Shown piece after piece: positions 19,607-31,202 of a stretch of DNA of 64,000 bases. The DNA comes from Rebecca billardiae RCC1528 (Eukaryota; Protista; Haptophyta): contig OZ251230.1 of the NCBI GenBank assembly GCA_965240325.2, forward strand, positions 2,418,001 through 2,482,000, in the 5' to 3' direction. Position numbers and translations under genes: made by a program. Within the stretch, counting starts at the first letter, position 1, and each line of letters begins with the position of its first letter. The notes under the pieces were generated by a model that ran no database searches, had not been told where the DNA came from, and saw only the letters and a list, made by a program, of their open reading frames with translations.

Positions 19607-20986
19607 TCAGAGATTATTTGCGGAGTCGAGATTATAGCGCCGCGGCGTCTGATTCGTCGTAGTAGTAGCAGTAGTAGTACTCGTCTGCTTCGTAGTCTTC
19701 GTCGTCGATCGTCCTGGCGACGGTGGCGACCGCCGCCGGCCGCCGCCGCCGCCAGACTCGTCTGATGACTCTGTCTCTGATGATGAGTTGATGTCGTTGG
19801 AGTCGTCGTCATGATCATCGTCAGCATCAAGGTGGCATACAGCTCGGCGAGCGCGCATGGCCCCCACGAGTCCCAACCACGCATCACGCATCCGCGCAGT
19901 TGCCTGCGTGGTATGCGACCGCAAGCTCGAAGCCCCAGCAGCGCCCCCACCCGCCCCACCGCCTCCTCGGCCCCGCACTTGTGTCACTTGTCTCACGTGC
20001 CGCGCTGAAGCCGAACTGGAAGGAGGAGGGAGCTGAGGGTAGAGCGTGCGCACCACAATCCCCGCCGCCGCCGCGTGCACCGCAAAGTACTTTTCCGAGG
20101 CGAAGGCCCGCTTCGGAGGCCCGCAGCCGCACAACCGCGCCTCTGTCGCGTTCTCCGCGTGCGGCTGACCCGCAGCGCTCGCGTCAGCAGCGCTCAGCCC
20201 CCGCCGCGCCAGCCGATCGAGCTGCTGGTCAGAGAGGCAGCCTCGTGCGCACGCCTCGTGCTTGTCCAGGGGGCTCAGACAGAGCCAGTTGAAGTGCACA
20301 CCCGTGTACGGCTCGGCGAGCGACGCGCGGACCGCAGACGCATTTGCAGCGTGCAAGCACTGGTTGCACCTGTAGGCTCCACTTGCGTACAGGGCCCAGA
20401 TGCGCGAAAACTCGCGCATGGCGGGCGCGCGGCCGAGAAACACAAGATCGCTCTGTGCGCGCACCTCGTGCGCGCCACTGCCGTCTGAGAGCGGGTTCGC
20501 GATGAGCATGTGCGCAAGCGACGAGGCAGAGAGCAGGTTGTGCAGCGGCGTGCGCGCACTCTTCCATCGGCACAGCATGTCGGGCCGCAGTCGGATGACG
20601 ATGTGCTGATCGCTCTTGCCAAGCTTGCCGAGTTGCTCAACGCACTGCGAATAGCGGTACCACTGCATCGCGTACGATGGCGCCCCGTCCAGGATCTCCG
20701 GGCCGGTGTGGATGGCCGCTCCGGGAAAGAGCGCGCGTGCACCGTCGGCAGTTCCCTCGTCGACACATGCAATCACGTCCGCGCGCGTGTTGAGCCACTC
20801 CGCCATCTGCCGGGCGCAGGCCTGCGCTGGATTTGGCGCCCTGCCGACGAGAAAGACGGTTGGCAGCTCCTCAGCGATGGTCGTCTTGTGTGGACGCTCA
20901 ACTGCCATTGGTGTGGCACCGACCATTCCGACCAGCAGGAGCCTCGCACTCCACGGCCGTCGTCGAGCCGAGCGGGTGCCGCCCAT
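19607..20986 (-). CDS. Hypothetical secreted protein, possibly glycosyltransferase-like
   Basis: Hydrophobic N-terminus. Y.MQW.R...C, IVIRLRPD and SDLVFLG...AM motifs resemble algal GT-like proteins. The 3' end is uncertain; the tail reads into low-complexity sequence. Confidence 0.45.
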   Translation of the reverse strand: MGGTRSARRRPWSARLLLVGMVGATPMAVERPHKTTIAEELPTVFLVGRAPNPAQACARQMAEWLNTRADVIACVDEGTADGARALFPGAAIHTGPEILDGAPSYAMQWYRYSQCVEQLGKLGKSDQHIVIRLRPDMLCRWKSARTPLHNLLSASSLAHMLIANPLSDGSGAHEVRAQSDLVFLGRAPAMREFSRIWALYASGAYRCNQCLHAANASAVRASLAEPYTGVHFNWLCLSPLDKHEACARGCLSDQQLDRLARRGLSAADASAAGQPHAENATEARLCGCGPPKRAFASEKYFAVHAAAAGIVVRTLYPQLPPPSSSASARHVRQVTQVRGRGGGGAGGGAAGASSLRSHTTQATARMRDAWLGLVGAMRARRAVCHLDADDDHDDDSNDINSSSETESSDESGGGGGRRRSPPSPGRSTTKTTKQTSTTTATTTTNQTPRRYNLDSANNL

Positions 20987-21303
20987 CGTGGCTCGACGGC
21001 ACTTGATACTGAAGCGCTCTCGCGCATTTCCGACGTTTCGTCCGGAGCAGCTGGGGACGAGATCGGCCAAACGGCCGTGTCTCAACATTGCCACTGTTTC
21101 GCCACTGGTTCGTGGGTCGCGTACTCACTCTGCCTCATTCGCAGCGGATTGGCCAATCCGCTGCGAGCTACAGCGCTTCGACGGGCCGCTTGCGGAAGTC
21201 TCCGCAAAACAGCTCCCCGATCAGCCACTCAGGTGGCAGCAACCACGGACAAGTGCATTGAGGCGGTCGACGTGGCCGCACCCGCACATTTTCATTGAGG
21301 AGG

Positions 21304-21828
21304 ATGTCGAAGCGCAGCGCAGAGGAGAGCCGGAAGGCCGTGGGCTCTGCCGACACCGGGCTGACGCCGCGCGTCACCGCGGCGCTGTCACTCACCGGGA
21401 CGAGGTCGACTACCCCTCGCCTAGCTGCGACGGCGTCCCCCAGGCAATCCGCCGCCGCCGGCCGCGGCCCAGGGACGGACGACGACGAGGTGGACGCACC
21501 ACCGCTACTCGAGCTGGATGGCGCGCGCACGCCGCCCGTTCAGCTTAGCTACATGCCAGCCGCCGAGACGGAGTGGCACTCCGTGCCCAAGCGCCGCAGC
21601 AGCCGGCGCACGCGCGGCGAGGCCCCGCTCGCAATCAACGTGGCCTGCGCCCTCCAGGCGGCGGACGAGCTGAACAACGACGAAGACGACTACGGCGTGA
21701 TCTATGCCGCACATGCGAAGCAGGGCCGCAACCCGCGCGGCAAGCACTCGCAGACGTACACCGCCGCCCTCAAGCGCAACTATGCGATCGAGAAGCGCAA
21801 CGTGCAGCGCGGGGGCACCAAGAGGTGA
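21304..21828 (+). CDS. Hypothetical basic protein
   Basis: ORF with GC3-rich codon usage, divergent from the previous gene; no recognised domain. Confidence 0.5.
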   Translation: MSKRSAEESRKAVGSADTGLTPRVTAALSLTGTRSTTPRLAATASPRQSAAAGRGPGTDDDEVDAPPLLELDGARTPPVQLSYMPAAETEWHSVPKRRSSRRTRGEAPLAINVACALQAADELNNDEDDYGVIYAAHAKQGRNPRGKHSQTYTAALKRNYAIEKRNVQRGGTKR

Positions 21829-22583
21829 GCTGGCGCTGAGCGCCTAGCTAGGTCGACGCCCGTCGCCACCGCGGGCGTAGTCGACGGGGGCTGCCGTCCA
21901 TCGTGCCGCTCGCGCCCCCAACGTCGATCGCCATCGCCGCTGCCGTGGCCCAGCGAGAGCTGCGAGTCTGATCATGGCCATCCGGGCGGCTGCGCCCCCG
22001 CGCACCCCGGGCTCAGTCGGTGTTAATCTCGCAGCCTGCCTGAGCTAGATGTGCGTCTCTTATTCTTATTAGTCAACTGCAGTCGCCGCCTGCTCCGTGC
22101 TCGCGCAGCCTAGCCGCCGATATATATATCGTAGGATGGCGCGCGCCGGCAGCTCCGACGCGGACCCGCCGGCCGCGGCCCGCCGCGCGGGGCCGCGGCC
22201 GCGCCGGGGGCGGCGCCGGCGCCGCGGGCCTCAGACCACTGACGCCCTGACCCGGCCGCCTCCGCGCGGCCTCCGGAGTCCGGAGCCGGCGCGGGCGACG
22301 CCAGTGGCGACACCGTCGACCGTGACCGAGTCCGACGACGATTCACGCCGGCCGCCGCGGGCCGGCAGGCCGCTGCCGGCCGCCGCGCGGACCGTTCGGA
22401 CCGACCTGAGTCACTTCGGAGTGACGGAGTAGGCCGCCGCTCCGGTCCGTACGTTAGGCTATATATACGTCACTGCCTGAGTGTAAGCCAGTCCGAGAGA
22501 GTCGAACCGGTCTGTACGGTGTCTAGTGACTTCAGTATAGACTCGTATAGTTATATTAGAGTGCATGCACTGTCTGTGTAGTA

Positions 22584-23099
22584 CAGGCAATCGCGGGCAA
22601 TAAGAAGTCAGAGATCTCACGGCTAGCCTCAGTTTCTTAGCCGTTCGGTAGCCCGAGCGCCTACGGAGTCTCAGTTTCTTAGCTAGGTCCGCCCGCCGCG
22701 CAGGCGCGGGGGGCGCAGGGGGGCAGACCGCAGAGCCCCCCGCTGAGTCTTTAGGCCCGGCCGGCGAGGCCGACGAAAATTTTGGGCCTTTTTGGAGCAA
22801 ATCTGGCATGATCGATGTTGCATGGATGCTGCGGTGCACTGGCCAGGAGTCAGTCATCAGGAGAAGTCGGGACTTGGCCTGTACTCGTAGTCGGGCCGCG
22901 CGCCGCGTCCCCGACGGGCCGACTGCGCCTCGCCCCTCGGCGGACCACTCGTCAGCCGGGACGACGTAGTCCCGGTTTCTTAGTGTGACTATGCGTATAG
23001 CGAACCAGCCAATCGCTAGCCTCAGTTTCTAGGCCAGATCCGCAGATAGCAAGCCCCAGTTTCTTAACGTGACAGCTCCTTATTGCCCGCGATGGCCTG
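22584..23099. mobile_element. MITE (Tc1/mariner-like ends, TA flanks)
   Basis: TIR CAGGCAATCGCGGGCAATAAG (22584-22604) / CTTATTGCCCGCGATGGCCTG (23079-23099), one mismatch, with TA on both flanks. Internal CAGTTTCTTAG-like repeats; no transposase. Confidence 0.75.
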
Positions 23100-24998
23100 T
23101 ACTAAAGTCTGATTTATGAATATAATAAGTGAGTCGGTCGACAGCGCGCGAGTCCCGGTCCGGTCAGCGGGTCAGTCCCGGCGGCGGGCGCGGCGCGCCG
23201 CGCGCCCGCGTATACAGACTCAGCAGTAAGTCACGGCGGCGCGGCGACCGTGATCCGAATCAGTCTGCTGTATGATTACATTTACTGCGGCACCGTCACA
23301 GGACCTGAGTACGCGACGACAGATGCCGAGAACTTCGTCAGTCACAGTTCTGCCGTCATGACCGACTAATAATACGCGCGTATGATGAGAGAACGAGCAG
23401 CTAGTACTCTAGTAGCCGTGAATAACGTAGTGTCGCGTCTCAGAGCCATCAGTAGGCGCCCAGTCGTTGGCTCGGATTTGACAGTATCAAATAATCAGCT
23501 TACTGCTGCGTAATTTTCTGAGATTAACGCGGGTGAGTACTAGTTGTCAGTCCACGACCGTAGGCGTACTACGACTGATGATAATTATATTAGAATACCG
23601 CCACAGACGGCGCCCGAGCTACTCAGTTTATAGCTGCTCCCGCCGTGCTAGTTACTCGGCTGCTGACTCAGTTAAGACTCAGCAGATGAAGTAAGTGAAC
23701 TCGGTCGTTCGCGGGCGCGCGCCGACGGCACTCGGCATATATACGGGAGTACTGCGGGACGACTAACTGGCCGCTGAACAGAATACAGCAGGCATACTTT
23801 AGCGCCAGCCTAGTCGCTGGCATGGGCTTACCGTCGACTGCGGCGCATTGACTCGGGTCTGCCGCCGCCCCGAGCTGGCGCCGGTCGCGCGGGCCCGGGG
23901 TGCCGGTACAGAACTCTGTGTGAGGCAACGACCTGCACCTCCGCAGCCCGCGCACGGAGAGTGCCCCAGGCGCACGCCCGGCGCGGCCGCAGATACTATA
24001 GCCGTGACATTCAGCGCAAACGTTCTAGTTGAGTGAAGTTGAGTGCTTGAGCCGTCACGGCCCCACGGGCGTCAGTGTGCGCACGTTATCAGTCGACTCA
24101 GTAAACTGAAATATCAGTCCAGACGAGAGACGATGGCGCAATCATTTGACGTCGCGGGTGCCCTGAGCTCCGGGTCGGCGTTCCTTCGAATTGACGCGGA
24201 AATGCCGTGCGGCATTTATACGGTCATCCGTGAGCCATGATTCAGAATTGGCCACGTCATCACGTAATCGTGTCAGTTTGGGTGTGCCAAAGTCCCGGTC
24301 AGATTGGTAAGGCCCACGTGACTGCACTAGCTACTGCTGATTTGATGCCAGCTAGTCACACGAAGAGCTGCACAGTCGGCGCTCCGTCGCTGGCTTGCTG
24401 CTGAGTACTAGTACATGACTGCCGTGCACTGCGTGATACAGCCAGCGGCGCCGCAGCTGCGACTGAGTGAGGCGGCTCGCGCGAACCGTGCCGCCGTCTC
24501 GACTGCTTCTGCTTCTGGCTGCACATGCGCGCGACTCAGATCGCCGAGGCGAAGACGGCGGGCGAGGATGCATCAGCATTGCTGGATGCGAAGCGAGCGG
24601 GCAGGCCTACGCGCTACACGTTCATCAAGAGCCACCAGCATGCGCGCGGTGGCACGGCGGCCTGCGCTCTCTACTGAGCGCGCTACGATCCAGACACCAC
24701 GGTCGGAGCGGTCGGAGTGAAAGCTTTCGGAGCGCTTTGCCGGCATCGAGTCTGCCCCCTTGGCGGTCCTCGCAACACCCATGATGGCACGTGACGGGCA
24801 CCAAGCGAGGCCGTCACGGGGGCTTGGGCGACGGGCGGATAGGTGGCAGCCATGAAGCACGGTCGCAATTCGCATGGTCCGGACGGCACTGCGCAGCACC
24901 GGAGTCAAGGAGTGGGCACTGCTCAGGCTGGGTAAGCAAGGCGCGCTCGCGCGCAAGGCTTGTCTAGACCGCCCGCCCCGGGCCCCGCGCCGCCGTTG

Positions 24999-26255
24999 AT
25001 GTCGTCATCGTTGCTCGCGCCGACAACGCGCCCGCCGGGCGCCGGCGGCCCGCAGTCGCTGCCGGACACGGACCTGGCGAACGACGTGATCTGCACCTCG
25101 ACGGACGTGCACCAGGAGTCCTTCGACGCCGTCTTCCGCCGCGCTCACCCCGCGCAGCTGCTCGTGCCTCTCTTCCAGCGGCGCTACTGCTGGGAGCAGC
25201 CGCAGTGGGCCAAGCTGATGAGCGACGTCGAGGGCGCGGCGAGCTCGGGGAAGCAGCTCTTCCTCGGCCGCGTCCTCGTCTTCGTCGGCCCGAACGACCC
25301 GCGCACGCTCGTGTGCGACGGGCAGCAGCGGCTTGTCTCGCTCACGCTGCTGCTGGCCGCGCTGCGTGACGCCGCGCTCGAGCTGGGCGGCGCGGAGGGC
25401 GAGGCGCTGGCGGGCGAGGTGGACGGCATGCTGTTCCTCGATGCCGCCGCGCGCGACCGCACCACCCTCGTCCCGACCAACGACGACCGCGCCGCGTACG
25501 CCGTCGCGCTCGCGCGGCGCGGCGAGCCGCCGGCACACTTTGGCTTCGGCGCGGCCGCGCCCGCCGCCGCCGGCGCCGGCGGCGAGGACGACGGCGAGCC
25601 CGATTCGGACACGTCGACGGGCGAGAAGCTGCTCGCGTGCAAGCACTTCTTCGTCGAGCGCGTGCGCGCGCACATCGAGCTGCACGTCCCGCCATCCGCC
25701 GACGCGGCCGCGCGCGGCGCGGCCGCGCGCGAGCGCGTCGCGGCGCTTGTGGATGGTGTGCGCACGCGCTGCGGCCTCGTGTGGTTCAAGCTGAAGGAGG
25801 ACGAGCAGGTGCACCGCGTGTTCGAGGAGCACGCGCACCGCGAGAAGGCGCTGAAGACGCTGTGGAACTTCGACATGCCCGGCATGCAGGTCGCCGGCTG
25901 CGACCTCATCAGGAACCTTCTGTTGAGCGCCATCCAGCCCGAGGGCGCGCAGCGCGGCGTGCACGACAAGCTGTGGGTGCCGATGGAGCGCGCGGCGACG
26001 GGCGGCTCGGGCGCGCCGTTCGACCTCGAGGCGTTCTTCATGACCTTCCTCCACGCCGTCGGCTACTCCGTCGGCGCGCGCCCCGAGCTCTACTCTGGCT
26101 TCCGCAGCTGGCTCGAGCGCGGGCTGCTGGACGGGGTGGCGCGCGACGACGGCGCCGCGGTGACGCGTGCGGTCAGCGAGGGGCTTCAGACCATGCTCAC
26201 GGAGGCGCGCAAGTGGGAGGCGCACGTGCACCGGCGCGAGCAGGCGGCGGCGTGA
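24999..26255 (+). CDS. DUF262 (GmrS/SspE N-terminal, ParB/Srx-fold) domain protein
   Basis: VPLFQRRYCW, FLGRV, VCDGQQRL.SL.LLL.ALR and DLIRNLLL are DUF262 hallmarks. Intronless. Confidence 0.85.
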   Translation: MSSSLLAPTTRPPGAGGPQSLPDTDLANDVICTSTDVHQESFDAVFRRAHPAQLLVPLFQRRYCWEQPQWAKLMSDVEGAASSGKQLFLGRVLVFVGPNDPRTLVCDGQQRLVSLTLLLAALRDAALELGGAEGEALAGEVDGMLFLDAAARDRTTLVPTNDDRAAYAVALARRGEPPAHFGFGAAAPAAAGAGGEDDGEPDSDTSTGEKLLACKHFFVERVRAHIELHVPPSADAAARGAAARERVAALVDGVRTRCGLVWFKLKEDEQVHRVFEEHAHREKALKTLWNFDMPGMQVAGCDLIRNLLLSAIQPEGAQRGVHDKLWVPMERAATGGSGAPFDLEAFFMTFLHAVGYSVGARPELYSGFRSWLERGLLDGVARDDGAAVTRAVSEGLQTMLTEARKWEAHVHRREQAAA

Positions 26256-27426
26256 GCCACGCGCGCGCGCGCGCGGGCTGCTCCCGCCGGGCTCGCCGCC
26301 TGCCTCTGCGCCGCGCGCTCGGCCGTCAGCAGTCGGCGGTTGGCGTGGCGCAGCTGCCGTCCGGCGCGCGGCGCGCGCCTCCGCGCCCGCACGCCACGGC
26401 CTGGGTTGCTGCTGCTGCTGCTGCGGGTGGGTGGGCCTGGGCGCTAGCCTGGGCCGCGCGCGCGAGTGGATGCGCGTGGCCGCGTGCATGGCGTTGGGCG
26501 TGAAGGCTGCCCGGACGATGCGAAGGCTGCCAACTGCTCGGAGCAGCAGCTGGTCGCGTAGTGATGAAGATCGATGACGATGGCACTGCGACGGCGAGGC
26601 CGCGGGCCGCGCGGGCGGGCCGCCGTTGACACGGCACTCCGAGCCGTGCAGCAGCCTGCGAAGACAAGTTCACGACGACATCAATATGCTGATGATGACG
26701 ATCGACCGTTATTATTATTGCCACTGATGAGTGTCTGGTGATGCCCGGAGGCCGGACTATATCTACGACCGATTAATACCGGTATATAGTTATTATATAT
26801 CGATATATATTTAAAATCTAAATACATTATATATAATATTTTAATAACCCGGTATATATATTAACGACGTGGTATGCAACGGGCAGGCGTCAAAGTCAGC
26901 AAGCTGTAGCAGCAGATCGAGCCGAGCAGAGACAAACACCAGGATCAGCGCGAGCTCCTCGCTGTCGTCCCCCCCCCCTCGTAGTCGCCCATCACTCCAT
27001 CGCCGAGCGGAAGCTCGACGCACCGTCTGGCGTCGACGCGCGCGCGCCACCGCGGTGGTCGCGGTGCCACGCGTCGTCAGCCTATATATATATATGCTCA
27101 GATGCGCGCTGATCATCGCCATATCGGGTCACATCGACTTGATGACGATGACGACGATTCTGCGAGTGCTGATGATAATCTCAGCAGTGACAATTGTCGT
27201 CGTCTGTATCACGTTCGTCACTGGCTCATATCCACCACAGACCACCACTCTAACCAGCGGTCGAAGTTATACGAAGTAGTCGATGATGTCTGATGAGCTG
27301 GTTGTAACGATCATTACCGGGCCGGGGGCTTCACGCCGCGCGGCACCGACCGGCGGTTCGCGCGGGTCGACCACGACGACACCGCCAATCAGTGACATGC
27401 GGGACGACCCGCAACCCGCAGTCGCC

Positions 27427-28536
27427 TCACGCCGCCTCGTCCGCCTCCGACTCGTCGTCGCTGTAATGGTGTGCCTCGCCCGGCGGCGTCGGCAGCCGGA
27501 AGCAGCGGCGGAACCATTGCGCGCGCTTGTCGACATAGATGCTGCCGCCCGCGCCCTTCCACGGTGCGGCGTACGCGGCCGAGACGCTGAGCATCACGCA
27601 GAGCTCGATGGGCGGGCGTGCGCCGCGCGCCGCGCCCGCGCCGGCCGCGGGGACGAGCTTGCCGAAGACCGCGCGCGTCGCGCGCGAGCCGCGCGCAAGT
27701 GTGAACGCGCCCGGCTCGGCCAGCCAGCCGCGGTGCGCGCGCGCGAATCGCTTCGCGGTCGAGTGGCCGGAGGAGAAGCAGACGCGGCGCACGGTGGGCA
27801 GCGCCTCGAGCAGCGCGCGCACGTCGTTGGGCACCTCGGAGGCGCGCTCGATCTTCGGGTCGGTCGAGCCCTCGCGCACCGCCTCGCCAAGAACGTCCCA
27901 CACGGCGTAGCCGGCCGCGGTGAGCGCTGCGCTCGCCGCGGCGTACTCGAGTCGTGGCGCCCGCTCGTCGTTCGCATGCAGAAGGCGATCGGTGATGAAG
28001 CGCGGCGGGGTGCACCGCCGGCCGTGGCCGTCGACCCAGCCGCCCGGCGGCGGCGCGCGCACGAAGCCGAGCGCGTCGCCCACGATCCACCAGAACGCGT
28101 TGCTTGGTGTCATGTAGTACCCACTCTGCGCGAACGACGTCACCGAGGGCATCGTGCCCAGAATCAAAGTGTGCGGCGGGATGGTGGGGTCCAGGAGCGG
28201 CGGGAACGAGCGGCAGAGGTCGCGGGTCGAGCGGCCGCGCCGCGTGGGCGTGGTGAGCGGCGTCCGGCCGGGCACGTCCGGCGAGTCTGCCTCCTCGCCG
28301 CCGCCGCCGCCGCCATCGCCACCTCTGGGGGCGGAGCCGAGCGGGCTGGCGCGCGGGGTGGCGGCAGGTGCACCGCCGACGTACGGCCGAACCACCCACT
28401 GCTTGCCCACGAGCGCGTCCATGCGCGCCAGCCCGGGCAGGGCGACGACGAGCGCCGCCGTCAGCGCGATGGTGGCGGCCAGCGCGCACGGGTCCGCCTT
28501 GGGCGTGATCAAGACCGACTCGTCCGAGAGTGACAA
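27427..28536 (-). CDS. Uracil-DNA glycosylase superfamily, family 6 (hypoxanthine/deoxyinosine DNA glycosylase-like)
   Basis: SFPPL..LILGTMPSVTS....YY..P.NAFW, AVWDVL....REGS.D..I, PND...LL, and degenerate motif 2 (LSVSAA). Start uncertain. Confidence 0.8.
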   Translation of the reverse strand: MSLSDESVLITPKADPCALAATIALTAALVVALPGLARMDALVGKQWVVRPYVGGAPAATPRASPLGSAPRGGDGGGGGGEEADSPDVPGRTPLTTPTRRGRSTRDLCRSFPPLLDPTIPPHTLILGTMPSVTSFAQSGYYMTPSNAFWWIVGDALGFVRAPPPGGWVDGHGRRCTPPRFITDRLLHANDERAPRLEYAAASAALTAAGYAVWDVLGEAVREGSTDPKIERASEVPNDVRALLEALPTVRRVCFSSGHSTAKRFARAHRGWLAEPGAFTLARGSRATRAVFGKLVPAAGAGAARGARPPIELCVMLSVSAAYAAPWKGAGGSIYVDKRAQWFRRCFRLPTPPGEAHHYSDDESEADEAA

Positions 28537-28556
28537 GTCCGGGCGGCTATGACGCG

Positions 28557-29319
28557 ATGGCGGCCGCGAGTGAGCTCGCCGCGCTGCACGCGCTGCGGGC
28601 GTCCCCCACGGTGCGCCACCATGCGTGCGCGCCCGGCGCTGGGCACCGCAGCAAGCTCACTCTTGACCTCTGCCCCGAGCCCTCGCCGTCCGAGGCCGCC
28701 TCGCTCGCGCTCGCCGAGCCGGCCGTGCGCGCGCTCGCCGCGGCTGTGCTCGGCGCGACGCGGGCGAGCGGCTTGCCCGGGCTGTGGCGTGAGATGACGG
28801 TGCGCGCGGTGGACGACGGCGTGCTGCAGCTCAGGCTACTCGTCCGCCTCCCGTGCGCCACGCGCGACCTCCGGCCGGGCGCTGCACCCTGGTGTCCGGC
28901 CATCAGCGCACTTGTCGACTCGCTCGCGCGCGCTTTTGACGAATCGCTCGCGGCGGTGAGCGTGCAGTCGGACGGCGGCGCGGGGCGCACGCGGCCGCCG
29001 AAGGGCGCGGCCGAGTGCCTCGTGCACGGCGCCACCCCCTACCTCCGCCGCCGCGCGCACCCGTCCGGCAGCGCGCACGTGCTCTCGCTCGACAGCATGG
29101 CGCAGCCGTGCCGCGCGCTCGGTCGCTCGCTGGCCGAGGCGGCGGCTGCGCAGTGCGCGCGCGCGCTGCGCCGGCGGGACGAGAACTCGTGCGCCGCGGG
29201 CACGCTGGTCGTGTGCGGTCGCGACGCGCTGGCCTTCGCCTACGGCCTGTCGCACCTCTGCGCGCCGCCCGCGCCCGGCGGCGGCGCCGTGGCCGGCGGC
29301 GGCGGCGACGGCGGCGGCG

Positions 29320-29371
<52 letters not shown>

Positions 29372-31202
29372 GGGCGAGGGCAGTGGCGTTCTCGGTGGCG
29401 GCGGGGCGTGCGGGCGCGCACGCTTTGGCGCGTGCCACGTGCTCACGCACTGCGCGAGCGTGGTCGGCGACATCGAGCGCACGTGTGCCCTCCGCGCCGC
29501 GGCGGGCGCACAGGCCGAACCCGCCGCCGCCGCGGGCCCACGTGGCGGCGCCAGCGCCCCGGCGTGTGCGCCGCCGCGCGCGCAGCAGCCGCGCGCGACC
29601 CTGATTGCGCGGCGCGGCGCCGGCTATGCGGACGCACTGAGCGCGCTGCTGGGCGGGCGGGCGGCACAGCCGGGCGCGGGCGTGGCGGGCGGCGAGGGCT
29701 CACGCGCCGCCGCCGCCGAGCCGGGCACGGCTGCACTCGTCATCGTCACTGCGGGGCGGCGCGGCCTGGGCGCGGAGGCGTGCGCCGCCCTCTGCGCCCT
29801 CGGGCGCGTGCGCGCCGTTGGCTACGTGTGCTGCTGCGAGGCGTCGGCCGCGGCCGACCTGTCCGTGCTCGTGGGGCCCGGCGCGGCGCGCTTCGTGTGC
29901 ACGGATGCGCGGCGCCACGCGCCCGCGCCGCACGCCGGAGGCGCGCGCGCCGACTGCGCGGACGCCGCTGGCCTCGTTCTGTGGGCGTGGCTGGAGCGCG
30001 CGCCGCCGCTGCCGAGCTGCGTTCAGCTCGCCGGCCCGCCGGCGGTGGGCAAGTCGACGGTCGCGCGCGCGATCGCGCGCGCGCTCGCCGAGCCCGCCGC
30101 GCCGGGGCCGGGCGGGGCGGCGGGCGCGCTTGCGCGGGGCGCGGACGGCGCGCGCACCGAGCAGGACCACGGCTGGCTGGTACGCACCCAGCCGCCTTGG
30201 CTCCCGGACTCCTCCGGCCCAGGCCCGGACTCCTCCGGCCCAGGCCCGGACTCCTGGCCTCCTCCCGCCCAGGCCCAGGGCGGCCGGCGCGCCGCCGCCG
30301 TGCTGCTGCTCGAGCGCGATGCGATCTACGGCGCGGCGCGGCGCGGCGCGGGCGTGCGCGCGGCGCGGCGCGCGGCACATAAGGGGCTTCACGCCGCGCT
30401 CAGCGCGCCGGGGCTTGGGCGCGAGCGGTGCGTCGCCATCGTGGACTCGAACCACCTCACGGCGGGCGCGCGCGCGCAGCACGCCGCGATGCGCACGGCC
30501 GGTGCGGAGGGAGCGTGGCACCACCGCCACCTGTCGCCGGCCTCGGCGCCTGAGCCAAGCGGGCGCGCGTGGCGGCGCCTCGTCGTCATCGCCCTCAGCC
30601 CAGGCGGCCCCGACGACGAGCAGCTGTGCAGCGCGGCCCTCGCCCAGCCGGCTGCGTCTGGGAGTGGGTCTGGGAATGGCGCCGCCGGCCGCGGCGCGGC
30701 GGCGGCGCTGCGCCGGCTGCACCGCTGGGCGTCCGAGCGCTCCGGCGCGCCGCAGCATCCCACCTTCCCGCGTGCCGAGGCGGCGCGCGCCGCGCTGCTC
30801 GAGGCGTGCGTGCGATGCTGGGAGCCGCCGCAGCTGACGGAGTGTGCCGGGCCGTGCGGCGCGGCGCCCCGGCCCGCGCCGGATGCGATCGTGCGGTGCG
30901 ACGCGCGCGCGCTACGCTCGGCCGAGGTCGATGCCGGCGGCGCCCCCGCCGGCACCGCCGCCGCCACGGCCACGCCGCGCGAGCGCAGTGCCAGCAGTCC
31001 CACTGCCACAGGCTGCACAGGCGGCCGCATCGACGAGCGCGCGCTCGACGCCGTCGTGTGCCGCGTGTGGGCCGCACTCTTCTGGCGCGCGGACTGTGCG
31101 GAGGTCGACGGCGCCGCTGCCGCCGTCGAGGACGCGGAGGCGAGCCGGGCCAATGAAATCGAGGGGGCTGACGACGCCGGACCATCCGGAGGCCGTGCGT
31201 GA
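28557..31202 (+). CDS. Hypothetical protein: degenerate TrmA/RlmD-like region + P-loop (AAA_33 kinase-like) domain
   Basis: RSKLTL, WREMTVR and IVTAGRRGL...VGYVCCCEASAAADL resemble TrmA DPPRAGL/YVSC..TLARDL. Walker A GPPAVGKST, LERDAI, AIVDSNHLT...R, HPTF. Confidence 0.5.

Noticed and set aside
22620-23070. CAGTTTCTTAG repeats as a CRISPR array
   Set aside because: Too short, irregularly spaced, inside a MITE, eukaryotic context and no cas genes.
23300-24900. Short ORFs in the intergenic region (also 38900-40150)
   Set aside because: No recognisable motifs or coding bias; no tRNA or rRNA recognised.
30203-30260. 21-bp tandem repeat (PDSSGPG) and the many (GGC)n tracts
   Set aside because: Ordinary coding low-complexity expansions.
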